Assembly (NCBI GenBank): GCA_050952625.1
Contig: JBMNLH010000001.1
Coordinates: 416,001-480,000, forward strand
Reading direction: 5' to 3'
DNA length: 64,000 nucleotides
From: Bacillota bacterium
Lineage (GTDB): Bacteria > Bacillota > Ch66 > Ch109
Each line of letters begins with the position of its first letter. Position 1 is the stretch's first letter. Made by a program: the position numbers and the translations under genes. The notes under the pieces are model-generated. The model did no database searches, was not told the DNA's origin, and saw only the letters and a program-made list of their open reading frames with translations. This document shows positions 10,228 through 22,054 of the stretch, in pieces.

Positions 10228-10500
10228 AATCGTTTACCTCCTAAATTAAAATTGATTATGGGGTATATACCCCGTTTGAAACCGCATTTTTTTACGCGTT
10301 GCCCCACGCCCGTTGTCCAGATGAAAAGGTGTGGAGATTTAACCTCCCCTAGGGGGTAGGTATCAACACATAGGGTTGTTTCAGTGTTTTTTGTGGTTTT
10401 AAGCTTTGTAGCAAGATGTAGCAGGTAAAAACTAAACTCTCTATACGAGAGCGATTTTTTATATAACCTGTTTTTCTTGCTACAAGCTGCTACACTGTGT

Positions 10501-12045
10501 TTAAATAAGAAAAAATTCTTCTTCGGTCAGTTTATATCCGATAAGCATTGTGGTCATTCCACCACCAGAACGTGGTCGTTTCCGTTCTACACGGGCAATA
10601 GCTGTTAATGCTTGTTTGAAGTTTCTTGCATTCTCTGAATAACATCCATTGGCACTGCACCAACGCTGATACCGGGCATACACTTCGGATGTCCGCACCT
10701 CACTGTTAGGACTTTCCTCCAAGGCATCCTCGAAAAATAATGCTATTTTGTCGCTGTCACGCTTATAAGCCTCCGTTGCTGTCTTAACGGAATCAGGTAA
10801 AGTCAAGCCTTCTTTCTTTAACAACTGATAGCCTTCAATTAGCCAGTTGAGGATAGCACTCTGATTCTTCGCTTTGGCGAATTCACGTTTTAAGTTTTTA
10901 TCCTGCTCGCTTTCATCAAAGTGTCGTTCAAAAGGGATAATCACCACTCTGCCACTGGAAAATAGCGTCATATCCGTAATAACGGGCAGATAATTGGTGT
11001 TGATATACAGCTTAAACTTTGGCGAAAAGTCAAAAGAATTCTCATGTAGAAACCTTGCGTTGATGGTGTCACCACCCGTCATGCTTTTTACCTGTGCAAC
11101 ATTTAGGACAAGTCCTCTGCTAGGTTCTGATATATTCACAAAGCGTACTCCTGCAAGCCGGGCAATATCTTCACTTGGACTTGAACTGTTATTGTTCTTT
11201 TTCAGACTGATAGTCTCCGGCCTTGCGGTACAGCCATAACTGCCTAATACCTTAAGAATGCTCTCACATAGCGTACCTTTACCGTTTCGAGTTGTAGCAC
11301 CATAGAGAACAAACAGGCATTCATACCGAGTGTCTCCGCTGATACTGTAGCCAAAGGCTTTTTGGAGGAATTTTGCCTTTTCCTCATCCCCGCTCATAAT
11401 CTCATGAATAAATCTATCCCATCGCTCGCTTTTTGCTTCCGGGTCATATTTAACACCAGATATCTTTGTAAGTCTGTCCTCGCTGTTGTGGGAACGAAAA
11501 TCCATGGATATTAAAAACAAGGTGCCATTGGCACAGTTGAGCACAAGCAGGTCTTGGTCAAATTCAGCCATTGATATGGGATATACGCTCTGTGCATCCC
11601 TAAGCACCGTTTCCCTGTATCTTCTTGACTGCCACTTTCGGCAATAGTCAATGTATGCCTTTCTTTGATGTTCATCCTGAATAGTCAAAGCATAGGTTAG
11701 CAGTTGGTTAGCCAATGATTTACACATTTCCATCACTTTGAGGTTACCGACATCGGGAATCCAAATGCCATTCTCATAGCAAAACCACATCTTCCTTTCG
11801 GGAACAAAGCGAGCAAAAGATTTATGATAATCAGCAAACAGCCTGCTTGCCCCAATATCCGTCCAAGGGTAGCGACCGTTACTCTCAGGCTTAAAGTCAG
11901 CAAGGGAACATTCTCCAAAATCTTCTACAGCTGATGAACACTTACCACCTGGTTTGTATATTTCAGTAGCATTTGCGATAGCTTTTTCTATGGTTATCAT
12001 TCCATAAGTACTGCCAGACTGCGGTCTATTCCATTTATCTCGCAT
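10501..12045 (-). CDS. Phage/plasmid P4-family primase-helicase (D5-like SF3), 5'-truncated
   Basis: D5_N region, Walker A GATTRNGKGT, 'VKSMTGGDTINARFL', 'INTNYLP'; upstream RLFRQSG segment is out of frame. Confidence 0.85.
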   Translation of the reverse strand: MRDKWNRPQSGSTYGMITIEKAIANATEIYKPGGKCSSAVEDFGECSLADFKPESNGRYPWTDIGASRLFADYHKSFARFVPERKMWFCYENGIWIPDVGNLKVMEMCKSLANQLLTYALTIQDEHQRKAYIDYCRKWQSRRYRETVLRDAQSVYPISMAEFDQDLLVLNCANGTLFLISMDFRSHNSEDRLTKISGVKYDPEAKSERWDRFIHEIMSGDEEKAKFLQKAFGYSISGDTRYECLFVLYGATTRNGKGTLCESILKVLGSYGCTARPETISLKKNNNSSSPSEDIARLAGVRFVNISEPSRGLVLNVAQVKSMTGGDTINARFLHENSFDFSPKFKLYINTNYLPVITDMTLFSSGRVVIIPFERHFDESEQDKNLKREFAKAKNQSAILNWLIEGYQLLKKEGLTLPDSVKTATEAYKRDSDKIALFFEDALEESPNSEVRTSEVYARYQRWCSANGCYSENARNFKQALTAIARVERKRPRSGGGMTTMLIGYKLTEEEFFLI

Positions 12046-12514
12046 TAGGGCCGCTCTGCCGGAAAAGTCTGACTCGGAAGGTCATGCAAAGTATTTTCCT
12101 CTCACCTTATAGCCTTGGTAGAACACATTAGTTGAGGATTTTCTAAAAATATTTTTTTTCCTCATCAATAAGCGAAGAATTCTATTGATTCGAACCCCTA
12201 AAATAAAAAAACAGCCTGTCTTTTTTCTAAGGTAAAGACAGCTGTAATGTTTATGCTTTTGCTCAAATTTGAGCGAAAGTGGTATTAAATTTAAGAAGGC
12301 TTAATGTTATAACTTTGCCTTTGGTTTTACAAATAGACTTACAGACTTTTTTGTCTAAAAGTATTTATTTAAATAAAAATCAAAAATAAAGGCATACACA
12401 ACTATCATCATCTTTGTTAATATTGTAAAATTACTTCACAAACACAGAATTATCATGTTATGTTTGAAGAAAATGTGCTATAATGGAAAAAACATATATA
12501 AAGAGGTGACCAAA

Positions 12515-12736
12515 GTGTCCGTTAGCTATAAAAAGCTTTGGAAATTGTTGATAGACCGCGATATGAAGAAGAAAGATTTACAAGCTGCTGCGGGTATAAG
12601 TCCATCGTCAATTTCAAAGCTTTCTAAAAACGAATATGTCAGTATGGACGTTCTTGTAAAGGTTTGTACGGCGCTTGGCGTTGATTTTAAAGATATCATG
12701 GAATTAGTGCCGAATATGGTTGAAGAAAGGGAGTAG
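12515..12736 (+). CDS. Cro/C1-type HTH regulator
   Basis: VSYKKLWKLLIDRDMKKKDL...DIMEL; GAGGTG SD. Confidence 0.85.
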   Translation: MSVSYKKLWKLLIDRDMKKKDLQAAAGISPSSISKLSKNEYVSMDVLVKVCTALGVDFKDIMELVPNMVEERE

Positions 12737-12740
12737 AGTT

Positions 12741-14309
12741 ATGGAAAACAACAGAAAAGAACAGGAACGGGCGGAATTACACCGCACGATATGGAATATG
12801 GCAAATGATCTAAGAGGCAGTGTAGATGGATGGGATTTTAAGCAATATGTTCTAGGTATGCTGTTTTACCGCTACATATCGGAAAATATTACCGCCTATA
12901 TTAACGCCGGAGAATGGGAAGCTGGCAATAGGGAATTTGATTATGTCAAGCTATCCGACGAAGAAGCAGGACAGGCACGAGAGGATTTAGTTAAGACAAA
13001 AGGCTTCTTTATTTTACCCAGCGAGCTTTTTGAAAATGTCCGAGCTCGTGCAAAGGACGATGAAAACTTAAATGAAACATTAGAGCAGGTTTTCAGTAAT
13101 ATAGAAGCATCTGCGCAAGGAACAGAGAGTGAAGATAATTTCAAAGGTCTGTTTGACGATCTCGATGTTAACAGTAATAAGCTAGGAAACACTGTAGTAA
13201 AGCGTAATGAAAAGCTGGTTAAGCTATTGAATTCTGTCGGAGAAATGAAGCTGGGAGATTACAAAGACAATAACATAGATGCATTTGGTGATGCTTATGA
13301 ATTCTTAATGGGTATGTATGCTTCCAATGCCGGAAAAAGTGGTGGTGAATACTATACGCCACAGGAGGTTTCTGAACTCCTTACCCACCTAACATTAGTA
13401 GGAAAAACTGAAGTCAATAAGGTATATGACCCCGCTTGTGGTTCTGGCTCTTTACTGCTAAAATTTGCAAAAATCTTAGGAAAAGAAAATGTACGTCTAG
13501 GTTTCTTCGGTCAAGAAATCAACATTACAACCTACAACCTGTGCCGAATCAATATGTTCCTGCACGACATTGATTATGACAAATTTGATATTGCCCTTGG
13601 AGACACGCTAACAGATCCGCAACATTGGGATGATGAGCCTTTTGAAGCCATTGTATCAAATCCACCTTACTCTATTAAATGGAAGGGGGCCAGCGATCCG
13701 ATTTTGATTAACGATCCCCGTTTTTCTCCAGCTGGGGTACTGGCTCCTAAATCTAAGGCAGACCTTGCTTTTATTATGCATAGTCTTTCTTGGCTTGCGA
13801 CAAACGGAACAGCGGCTATCGTTTGTTTCCCCGGCGTAATGTACCGTGGCGGTGCTGAAAAGAAAATCAGGCAGTACCTGATTGACAATAACTATATCGA
13901 CTGTATCATTCAGTTGCCGGATAACCTGTTTTATGGCACCAGCATTGCTACCTGCATTATGGTGCTGAAGAAGTCCAAATCAGAAAATAGCACCTTATTT
14001 ATCGATGCATCAAAGGAATTTGTCAAAGTTACGAATAACAACAAACTTACACAAGAAAATATTGAGACCGTTCTTAACGCATTCAAAGATAGAAAAGATA
14101 TTGAGCACTTTGCCAGGCTTGTGCCAAACAGTGAAATTACTGAAGAGGATTACAACCTTTCTGTTTCTACCTATGTGGAACAGGAGGATACCAGAGAAAA
14201 GATTGATATTGTTGCCCTTAATGCTGAGATAGAAAAGATTGTGGCGAGAGAGCAGGTTTTGAGGGAAGAAATAGATAAGATTATAGCGGAAATTGAGGTG
14301 GGCAAATGA
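12741..14309 (+). CDS. hsdM: Type I R-M methyltransferase subunit
   Basis: YDPACGSGSLL (motif I), NPPY (motif IV), GEYYTP. Confidence 0.95.
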   Translation: MENNRKEQERAELHRTIWNMANDLRGSVDGWDFKQYVLGMLFYRYISENITAYINAGEWEAGNREFDYVKLSDEEAGQAREDLVKTKGFFILPSELFENVRARAKDDENLNETLEQVFSNIEASAQGTESEDNFKGLFDDLDVNSNKLGNTVVKRNEKLVKLLNSVGEMKLGDYKDNNIDAFGDAYEFLMGMYASNAGKSGGEYYTPQEVSELLTHLTLVGKTEVNKVYDPACGSGSLLLKFAKILGKENVRLGFFGQEINITTYNLCRINMFLHDIDYDKFDIALGDTLTDPQHWDDEPFEAIVSNPPYSIKWKGASDPILINDPRFSPAGVLAPKSKADLAFIMHSLSWLATNGTAAIVCFPGVMYRGGAEKKIRQYLIDNNYIDCIIQLPDNLFYGTSIATCIMVLKKSKSENSTLFIDASKEFVKVTNNNKLTQENIETVLNAFKDRKDIEHFARLVPNSEITEEDYNLSVSTYVEQEDTREKIDIVALNAEIEKIVAREQVLREEIDKIIAEIEVGK

Positions 14310-15322
14310 GTAAAGAACTTCAATTTTTAATATACAACACTCCTGAAGAAAATGTATCGGTTAATGCGGTTATTAAAGACGAATCCATTTGGCTAACCCA
14401 AAAAGCAATGGCAGAATTGTTTGATTGTACAACAGACAATATATCTTTACACCTAAAAAATATATACGCAGATGGTGAGCTTAATGAAAGTTCAACTACC
14501 GAGGAATTCTCGGTAGTTCAACAGGAAGGCAAAAGAAGAGTGAAAAGAAAAACAAAGTTCTATAATCTTGATGTCATTATTTCAGTTGGTTATCGTGTTA
14601 ATTCACGCAAAGCAACACGTTTTAGAATTTGGGCAACTGGTGTATTAAAAGAGTATATGATAAAAGGCTTTGCTATGGATGATGAAAGATTGAAGCAGGG
14701 TAAAACTGCTTTTGGCAAAGACTATTTTCGTGAACTTCTCGAACGTGTTCGCTCAATCAGGGCGAGCGAAAGGCGCATTTGGCAGCAAATCACCGATATA
14801 TTTGCTGAGTGCAGTATAGATTATGACAAGGATGCACAGGTCACACGTGATTTTTATGCCATGGTGCAAAATAAATTTCATTATGCTATCACTGGGCAAA
14901 CAGCGGCAGAGATTATCTATTCAAAATCCGATCGCAATAAAGAAAATATGGGTCTTACAACATGGAAAAATGCACCGGACGGGCGAATATTAAAATCCGA
15001 TGTTACAGTTGCAAAAAACTATCTTGAGGAAAAACAAATAAAGCAATTGGAAAGGACGATTTCCGGTTATTTTGATTATATAGAAGATTTGATTGAACGG
15101 GGAAATGTCTTCACGATGGAAGAGTTTTCCGAAAGCATTAACGAGTTTCTCTCCTTCAGAAAATATAAGATTTTAAAAGATAAGGGAAGCATTTCAAAAA
15201 AACAGGCTGATGCAAAGGCAGAAGAAGAATATACTCACTTTAATAAGACACAAAAAATTATTTCTGATTTTGACCGCCAGGTAAAAAAGCTGATAGCTAA
15301 AGGTGGTGATGGCAATGAGTAG
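14306..15322 (+). CDS. RhuM-family (virulence RhuM) DNA-binding protein
   Basis: WLTQKAMAELF, YNLDVIISVGYRVNS..ATRFRIWA, IRASERR, KNYL. Confidence 0.9.
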   Translation: MSKELQFLIYNTPEENVSVNAVIKDESIWLTQKAMAELFDCTTDNISLHLKNIYADGELNESSTTEEFSVVQQEGKRRVKRKTKFYNLDVIISVGYRVNSRKATRFRIWATGVLKEYMIKGFAMDDERLKQGKTAFGKDYFRELLERVRSIRASERRIWQQITDIFAECSIDYDKDAQVTRDFYAMVQNKFHYAITGQTAAEIIYSKSDRNKENMGLTTWKNAPDGRILKSDVTVAKNYLEEKQIKQLERTISGYFDYIEDLIERGNVFTMEEFSESINEFLSFRKYKILKDKGSISKKQADAKAEEEYTHFNKTQKIISDFDRQVKKLIAKGGDGNE

Positions 15323-16468
15323 ATTAAATCAGTTGATTGCTGAGCTTTGTCCTGATGGGGTGAAATATGCAAAGTTAAGCGAAATTTCGCCACCAAAAAG
15401 GGGGGTGAGAGTAGTAAAAAGCCAACTCATGTCAGAGGGCGAATACCCTGTATATCAAAACAGTATGACGCCGTTGGGATATTATAAGAAAAGCAATTGC
15501 TCCGCATACACGGTTTTCATTATCAGTGCAGGTGCGGCAGGCGAAGTTGATTACAGCACAAGGGATTTTTGGGCAGCAGACGATTGCTTCTACTTTATAT
15601 GCCCTGAGCAATTGCTTAGCCGATTTCTTTACTATGCGTTAATGTGTCAGCGGGAGTATTTGATTTCTAGAGTTCGTAGGCAAGTGTTCCGCGATTAGCA
15701 CGGTCGGTTATTGAGAACGTAAAAATTCCCGTTCCCCCTCTAGCTGTTCAGCAGGAAATTGTCCGTATTCTGGACAATTTCACAGAGCTTACAGCAGAGC
15801 TTACAGCAGAGCTTACAGCAGAGCTTACAGCAAGAAGAAAGCAGTATGAGTATTATAGGTATTTACTGCTTACGTTTGGTAATAACCCCGATATCAAGTG
15901 GATGACATTGGGGGAAATTGGACCTGTTTGTATGTGTAAGCGTATTATGAAAGCAGAAACAAGTCCAGTTGGTGATGTTCCATTCTTTAAAATTGGGACA
16001 TTTGGAAAAGAACCAGATGCTTTTATTTCACAGGAAAAATATGATGAATACCGAAAAGCATTTTCTTTCCCTAAAAAAGGCGATATTCTTATATCTGCTG
16101 CTGGAACAATCGGAAGAACAGTAATTTATGATGGAAAACCAGCTTATTACCAAGATTCTAATATTGTGTGGATTGATAATGATGAGAGTAAAGTGTTAAA
16201 TAAATATCTATATTATTGCTATGCGATGAAGCCTTGGTCAATATCTACTGGGGGAACTATTGCAAGGCTATATAATGACAATATTTCAAAGGCTAAAATT
16301 CCTGTCCCACCCTTAGAAGAACAAGAGCGCATTGTCGCCATCCTAGACCACTTTGACGCTCTCTGTAACGACTTAACCAGCGGCATTCCTGCTGAAATTG
16401 AAGCACGGCAAAAGCAATATGAATATTACAGGGATAAACTGTTATCTTTCAAGGAGGTGACGGCATGA
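15315..16468 (+). pseudogene. hsdS: Type IC specificity subunit, frameshifted near 15680
   Basis: Two TRDs, IPVPPL..Q..IV conserved regions, TAEL repeats; adding one base at GTTCGTAGG^CAAGT restores VRRASVPRL. Confidence 0.85.
15782..15832 (+). repeat. 12-bp tandem repeat ACAGCAGAGCTT x3 plus partials (TAEL spacer)
   Basis: ACAGAGCTT(ACAGCAGAGCTT)3ACAGCA. Confidence 0.9.
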
Positions 16469-19400
16469 GTATATACAACATCGTTGCTAGTACTGACGAA
16501 GCAACGGTTGTTGCTGAATATGCAGCTGAATATAATGTCCGTCCTGAAAAGTATCAGAGTGAGGCAGAACTTGAGCGGGAGTTTATTAGGCAACTGACTT
16601 CCCAAGGATATGAATATATTTCAGTGCACAATGAAGCTGCATTGATAGAAAATCTCCGAAAGCAACTTGAACTGCTTAATGACTTCACCTTTACTGATAG
16701 TGAATGGGATAGATTCTTCACAGAATGTATTGCCAATACCAACGAGGGAATTGTTGAAAAGACCAGAAAAATTCAGGATGACCATATCCAGATTCTGAAA
16801 CGCGAAGATGGAACAACAAAGAATATATACCTTTTGGATAAGAAGAATGTCCATAACAATCGCTTGCAGGTTATTAATCAATACGAAGAAGCAGGCGGCA
16901 AGCATGAAACCCGATATGATGTGACAATCCTTGCAAATGGGCTTCCCCTTGTCCATGTGGAGTTAAAGCGGCGTGGTGTTGCTATCCGTGAAGCCTTCAA
17001 TCAGATAAAAAGATACCAGCGTGACAGCTTTTGGGCGTCTTCTGGTCTATTTGAGTATGTACAAATATTCGTAATCTCAAATGGCACCCACACAAAGTAT
17101 TATAGCAACACCACAAGAAATGCTCATATCAAGGAGCAAAGCAGCAGTGAACGTCGAAGAAGTAAAAAAACAAGCAACAGCTTTGAGTTTACCAGCTTTT
17201 GGGCAGATGCAAACAACAAAATCATTCCTGACCTTGTGGACTTTACTAAAACATTTTTTGCCAGGCATACCCTCTTAAATATTCTAACAAAATATTGTAT
17301 TTTTACATCTGAAGATCTGCTCCTTGTAATGCGTCCTTATCAAATCGCTGCTGCGGAACGTATCTTATCACGTATTGTAGTATCAACCAACTACAAGAAG
17401 ATGGGCACAACTGCAGCCGGAGGATATATCTGGCATACAACAGGCTCTGGTAAGACATTGACCAGTTTTAAGACAGCCCAATTAGCTTCTGCCTTGCCTT
17501 ACATAGATAAGGTACTGTTCGTTGTTGACCGTAAAGACTTAGACTCTGGATTATCAGACCATGAAGGAATATGATCGTTTTGAAAAGGGAGCTGCTAATG
17601 GTAATACGTCCACAAGAGTTCTTCAAAGACAATTGGAAGACAGGGACGAAAAAGGAAATCCTCATGAATACAAAATCATTGTAACCACTATTCAGAAGTT
17701 GGATATATTTATCCGTAAAAACAAACAGCATGATATTTATAAGAAACACGTGGTGCTGATTTTCGATGAGTGTCACCGTTCCCAATTTGGAGAAATGCAT
17801 CAAGCCATTACCAAGAGTTTTAAAAACTACCATATCTTCGGCTTTACGGGAACTCCGATTTTTGCCGCCAATGCCAGTTCCAGCGGCAACCCACTGCTTC
17901 GTACAACCGAGCAGGCTTTTGGAGAAAGGCTGCATACTTATACCATTGTAGATGCCATCAATGATGGGAATGTTCTGCCTTTTAGAATAGATTTCATCAA
18001 TACGATTAAAATGACGGACAATATTAATGATAAAAAGGTTCGTAGCATAGACCGAGAAAAAGCCCTAGCTGACCCTCAGCGAATCAGTGAAATTGTTTCT
18101 TACGTTCTTGAACATTTTGATCAGAAGACGAAGCGTAATAGTTATTACACCTTCTCTGCGAAATGGGAAGAAGCAGATAAGCACAACCCTAAAAAGATGA
18201 TGGAAAAGCGTGAAACAAGGCGAGTTGCCGGTTTCAACTCCATATTTGCTGCTGCCTCCATCCCAATGGCAATCAGATACTATAATGAGTTTAAGAAGCA
18301 GATAGCGGAAAAGAACCGTAACCTTACCATTGCAACTATTTTCAGTTTTAGTGCAAATGAGGAGGAGCCAGATGGACTGTTGCCTGAAGAGGATTTTAAT
18401 ATGGAAAACCTTGACCAAAGCTCCAGGGATTTTCTTGAGGCGGCTATCCGAGATTACAATTCCACATTTAGCACAAATTACGATACTTCCTCGGACAAGT
18501 TCCAGAATTATTATAAAGACCTCTCTCTTCGTGTAAAGAATCGGGAGATTGATATATTGATTGTTGTCAATATGTTCCTTACAGGCTTTGATGCAACAAC
18601 CCTGAATACACTATGGGTAGACAAAAATCTGCGGCAGCATGGACTGATTCAGGCTTTTTCAAGAACTAACCGCATCTTAAACAGCGTTAAGACCTATGGT
18701 AATATCGTTTGTTTCCGAGATTTGAAAGAAGAGACAGACAAAGCTATTGCGCTATTCGGTAATAAGGATGCTGGCGGTATTGTACTGCTAAAAACATACG
18801 AAGAATATTATAAGGGATATGATGAAAAAGGTGAACACAAGCCGGGCTATGCTGAACTGATTGCAACCCTTACAACACAGTATCCCCTGGGACAACCTAT
18901 TCTTGGAGAAGAAGCAGAAAAAGACTTTATCCGGTTATATGGAGCAATACTTCGACTCAGAAATATTCTTACTTCTTTCGATGACTTTGAAGGAAATGAG
19001 ATTTTATCTGAAAGGGATTTTCAGGACTATCAGAGCATTTATATTGACCTATATCAGAAGTTCCGCCCAAAGGACGACAGAGACAAAGAAACTATCAATG
19101 ATGACATAGTTTTTGAGATTGAACTGGTCAAACAGATAGAGGTAAATATTGACTATATCCTTATGCTTGTAGCTAAATATCAACAATCCAACTGCAAGGA
19201 TAAAACCATTCTTACGACCATTGATAAGGCTATCAATTCGAGTATTGAACTTCGAAGCAAGAAAGAGCTTATCGAGCGTTTTATAGAGCAAGTCAATGTA
19301 TCGACCAAAGTGGATGAGGATTGGCGTAAATTCCTCCATGAGCGTAAGGAAGCGGATATTACAGCAATTATAGAAGAAGAAAAATTAAAGCCTGAAGAAA

Positions 19401-19573
19401 CCCGCCGTTTCATCGACAATGCTTTCCGAGACGGAATGCTTAAAACGACCGGTACAGCTATTGATAAAATCATGCCACCTGTATCCCGCTTTGGCGGAGG
19501 CAGAGCTGCGAAAAAGCAAGGAATTATTGAAAAACTGATGTTATTCTTTGAGAAGTATTTAGGGTTGGTGTAG
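16465..19573 (+). pseudogene. hsdR: Type I restriction endonuclease subunit (EcoR124-like), split by frameshift near 17545
   Basis: D..VELK nuclease motif, HTTGSGKT, DECHR, FTGTP, MFLTGFD, QAFSRTNR; 7-nt insertion in RKDLDYQTM. Confidence 0.9.
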
Positions 19574-19634
19574 CAAATTGCATTACGATCATTAATAATA
19601 ATTAGCATTATAGTTGCTATGCTAACTAACAATG

Positions 19635-20325
19635 TATGATTCCACTGCGAAAACCCCATGAAGTAACAAAATAGTTCCAAAATTAGCAGGAAAACAACAA
19701 TAAATGTTGAAATACAATATAAGTATCAAATATATATAGGCATATCCAACTACAATATTTTGTTCCAGGAGGATCCGAAGGTTTCGGGAAAACAAAAGCC
19801 ACCTACAACAAGAACTATTTAATAGTTACTCATGGATGAATCCAAAGATCCAAGCTAGTTTGCAAGGAACTTGGGCACCCCTTTTCTATGAGCATGTATT
19901 TTGTAAAATCGACGAAACTCCTTTTGCTTGCTTGTACTGCCTGGACAATGGACGTCCCAATTTCCCCGTGAATATTTTACTTTCCTTAGAATTCATAAAA
20001 CACATGAAAAATTACACAGATGAAGACCTTCTAGAACAATTCCGTTTTAACTATCATGAAAGATGCCTGTCCGGTAAAGTTCCAGAAAAAAAGCACCTCG
20101 TTACGAGTTAACCAAAGTGACATATTTTTGGCCGAAGCTCGTGAACGAAAAGAAGATAAAAAAGCCAGAAAAGAAGCTACTAGTAAACGAGCAGCCATTG
20201 AAGGAACCAATTCCTCGCTAAAATGTTCTCAAGGAGCAGGAAAACTCAAAGTGCGGGGTATAGTCAAAGCAACATTGGTTACGGGAATGAAAATTATTGG
20301 TCACAACTTCAAACAAATCGTCCAG
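19635..20325 (+). mobile_element. Internally deleted DDE insertion sequence remnant (IS1182/IS5-like) including copy 2 of the 145-bp repeat
   Basis: Start mutated (AGG TTT CGG); N-term WAPLFYEHVF..GRPNFPVN fused out of frame to C-term RAAIEGTNSSLK..KLKVRG. Confidence 0.7.
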
Positions 20326-21531
20326 GTCTGAAAGAGCTGTCACAGTGGCTTTGTAAAAACGACTGTAAGGATGTTTGTATGGAATCTACCGGGAAGTACT
20401 GGATTCCCGTATTTAATGTACTTGAAGATTCCTGTAACATCGTCCTAGCCCATCCTAAATACGTCAAAGCTATCCGTGGTAAGAAGACTGACAAAAAAGA
20501 CGCTAAATGGATTGCCGACCTATTCAAGCACGACCTTATAACCGGAAGCTTTATGCCCCCTCTTGCAATCAGGCAGCTTCGTGACCTTATGCGCTACCGC
20601 TTTAAACTCACTAACTTTATATCAAGCGAGAAAAACCGTCTGCAAAATTCCTTAACCGTATCCAATATTCAGCTTGGAAATGTTGTATCTGATACCTTTG
20701 GAAAAAGTTCTATGAACATCATTAACAAGCTTTTGGAGAATCCTTTAGATAACAATTTCGACATAGAACCACTTATTCACGCCTCTATGAAGGACAAACT
20801 TCCGGAATTGGAACTCGCCATTGACGGTTTTATTACGCCTGAACAAGCTGGAAAACTTAAGGTAATCAAGCAGCACTTACAAAGACCTTGAGTCACGAAA
20901 GGCTGATCTGGAACGAATTATCCTTTCTCTTTCCGAGCCCTACTCAGAAGAAATCAATCTGATCTTAACTGTTCCGTCCTTTAAGAACATCTTTTCAGCC
21001 ATCACAGTGATCTCTGAAATCGGTGCTAATATGGACGTGTTCCCGACAGCTAAGCATCTTTGCTCCTGGGCAGGGCTTACACCCACGAATAACGAAAGTG
21101 CCGGAAAGAAAAAGTCAGGAAGGATTTCAAGAGCTGGCTGTTATATTAAGCCGCTTCTGGTACAGTGTGCAACCGCTGTAGTTAAAAGCGAGAAGCATCC
21201 TGAAATCCGCAACCGCTATTTGAGACTTAAGCAGCGTCGTGGTCATAAAAAAGCGATCATTGCAATTGCTAGAATGCTTCTTACTGCTATCTACAACATC
21301 CTGAAAAAGAAAGAATCGTATAATGCTGAGCTATATAGAAAGTCGGATGTTCTTCCAGTAAACCGTGAAATCACGGTAGAACAAGCGATTATTTTGGCTA
21401 GAACCCAAGGTTACCGTATTCGCGCAGCATCTTAATTGCTTGCTGATTCAGGTCTCTTTTAGCCATCAACCAATGGCTTGCTTTGCTGTACCCACTTTAC
21501 TTTGTTGGTACCTCAATTAATTATTTCAGAC
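20326..21531 (+). mobile_element. IS110-family transposase pseudogene (5'-truncated, frameshift near 20880)
   Basis: CMESTGKYW, KTDKKDAKWIA, WAGLTPTNNESAGK, AIIAIARMLL. Confidence 0.85.
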
Positions 21532-21873
21532 TTATTACCTCGCTTGATAGGGACAGCGAAAGCCTTTGAAATGTGTCTTACAGGTGATCCAATTGATATC
21601 CAGGAAGCCCTTCGAATTGGATTAGTCAATCATGTGGTTGAACCGGAGAGACTTATGGAGTTCTCTTTGGATCTAGCTGGCCGGATTGCTAAAAATCCGG
21701 TAGTACCCGCCCGGTTCCTCAACAAGTCTATTTATCGTGGATTGCATACAGATCTAGAAAGTGCCCTGGACTATGAATCATCCGCCCAGGTTATCTGTTC
21801 GTTTACAGAAGATATGAAGGAGGGTTTAGCCGCGGCCCGGGAAAAAAGAATTCCAGTTTTTAAAGGCTATTAG
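21532..21873 (+). pseudogene. Enoyl-CoA hydratase/isomerase C-terminal fragment (cut by IS110)
   Basis: LPRLIG..KAFEMCLTGD.I...EALRIGLVNHVV...DMKEG..A.REKR.P.FKG. Confidence 0.8.
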
Positions 21874-22054
21874 GAAGGTCCTGTTTTTAAAAGAAAATAA
21901 GAAGTCAACCCTGGCCTATGTTAATTTAAAATATTAAAAGAAGAAAGTCCCTCTGATGCAGGGACTTTCCTAAAATAATAGTTGTTTTGGTTAAAGACCT
22001 GTGATCTAGCCCTTTGGTGAGATAGTCGCAATGGCTCAATCTTATGGCTGAAAG

